Source: Candidatus Poseidoniales archaeon
Lineage (GTDB): Archaea; Thermoplasmatota; Poseidoniia; Poseidoniales; Poseidoniaceae
NCBI GenBank assembly: GCA_038116375.1
Contig: JAYNUQ010000002.1
Coordinates: 26,766 to 90,765 of the forward strand
Reading direction: 5' to 3'
Length of the DNA stretch: 64,000 nucleotides
The notes under the pieces: model-generated
The model's database searches: none
What the model was told of the DNA's origin: nothing
The model's input: the letters and a program-made list of their open reading frames with translations, nothing else
Shown here: in pieces, positions 63,721-64,000 of the stretch
Numbering within the stretch: the stretch's first letter is position 1
Layout of the letters: each line of letters begins with the position of its first letter
Made by a program: the position numbers and the translations under genes

Positions 63721-64000
63721 TCAGGGGCGCCATGTCGCGATGGATTTCGGCGTCTCGCGGCAGTGCATCGCCACCAGTTGTAACCGATTACCGTAGGTGG
63801 AGCTGATGTGGGGTGCGACCGCATCAAACGCCCATTTGGCGAGGTTTTCCGCCGTCGGTATGAACGGAACGATGACCGTTCGATGCCCGTCCCCCATGAT
63901 TTCGCATGCCTTGCGTGCGTGCTCATCCCCTTCGTACAAGACGAAGGCATGGTCGATGACATCGTGAACGTGTTCCATCAAAATCTGACTGATGTCTGAG
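63721..64000 (-). CDS. queD: 6-carboxytetrahydropterin synthase / 6-pyruvoyl-tetrahydropterin synthase family (C-terminal part; the gene continues beyond the window end)
   Basis: DHAFVL...VPFIPTAENLAKWAFDAV...VAMHCRETPKSIATW matches the QueD/PTPS C-terminal pattern (DH..LN...PTaENla.w....v.v.Et....A.y). The frame remains open to position 64000. Confidence 0.65.
   Translation of the reverse strand, partial: SDISQILMEHVHDVIDHAFVLYEGDEHARKACEIMGDGHRTVIVPFIPTAENLAKWAFDAVAPHISSTYGNRLQLVAMHCRETPKSIATWRP

Overview
This is a gene-dense (about 90% coding) chromosomal segment from an archaeon. The archaeal assignment rests on ribosomal proteins eS19/eL39/eL31/eS17, an archaeal-type SRP (7S) RNA of about 295 nt, a tRNA-splicing endonuclease, a geranylgeranyl reductase, a family-B DNA polymerase and a CXXXY-type CcmE. 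The gene content includes several giant acidic surface proteins with thrombospondin-type-3 Ca-binding repeats, secreted peptidases and PntAB transhydrogenase. This resembles marine planktonic Euryarchaeota (MGII/Poseidoniales-like), but that placement is inference only. I call about 53 protein genes, one ncRNA and two shared-motif promoters. I found no rRNA, tRNA, CRISPR array, transposase or integrase. Housekeeping calls with strong motif support are serA, valS, glyA, pyrD, mdh, pntAA/AB/B, dinB, a type IA topoisomerase, pepP-like, an IscA-type protein, a YgfZ-type protein, endA, a TrmJ-like protein and a partial queD. Five candidates are most worth a second look. (1) A possible damage-tolerance module at 3.2-7.9 kb: an exonuclease-dead family-B polymerase with a variant motif C, a translationally coupled small protein, a convergent orphan RecA/RadB/ImuA-like ATPase and a divergent Y-family DinB. 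(2) A TatC fused to a Cys-rich MvhD/FlpD-like domain, sitting behind an RR-signal membrane protein and pntAA-AB-B in one same-strand gene string. (3) A four-gene surface operon that ends in a hidden 57-aa two-TM ORF and a PqqD/RRE-like protein with no visible maturase. (4) A lipobox-anchored protein combining TSP3 repeats with a PNGase F-like domain. (5) An orphan CXXXY CcmE. All functional calls come from motif recognition by eye. No database search was possible, so novelty cannot be asserted.
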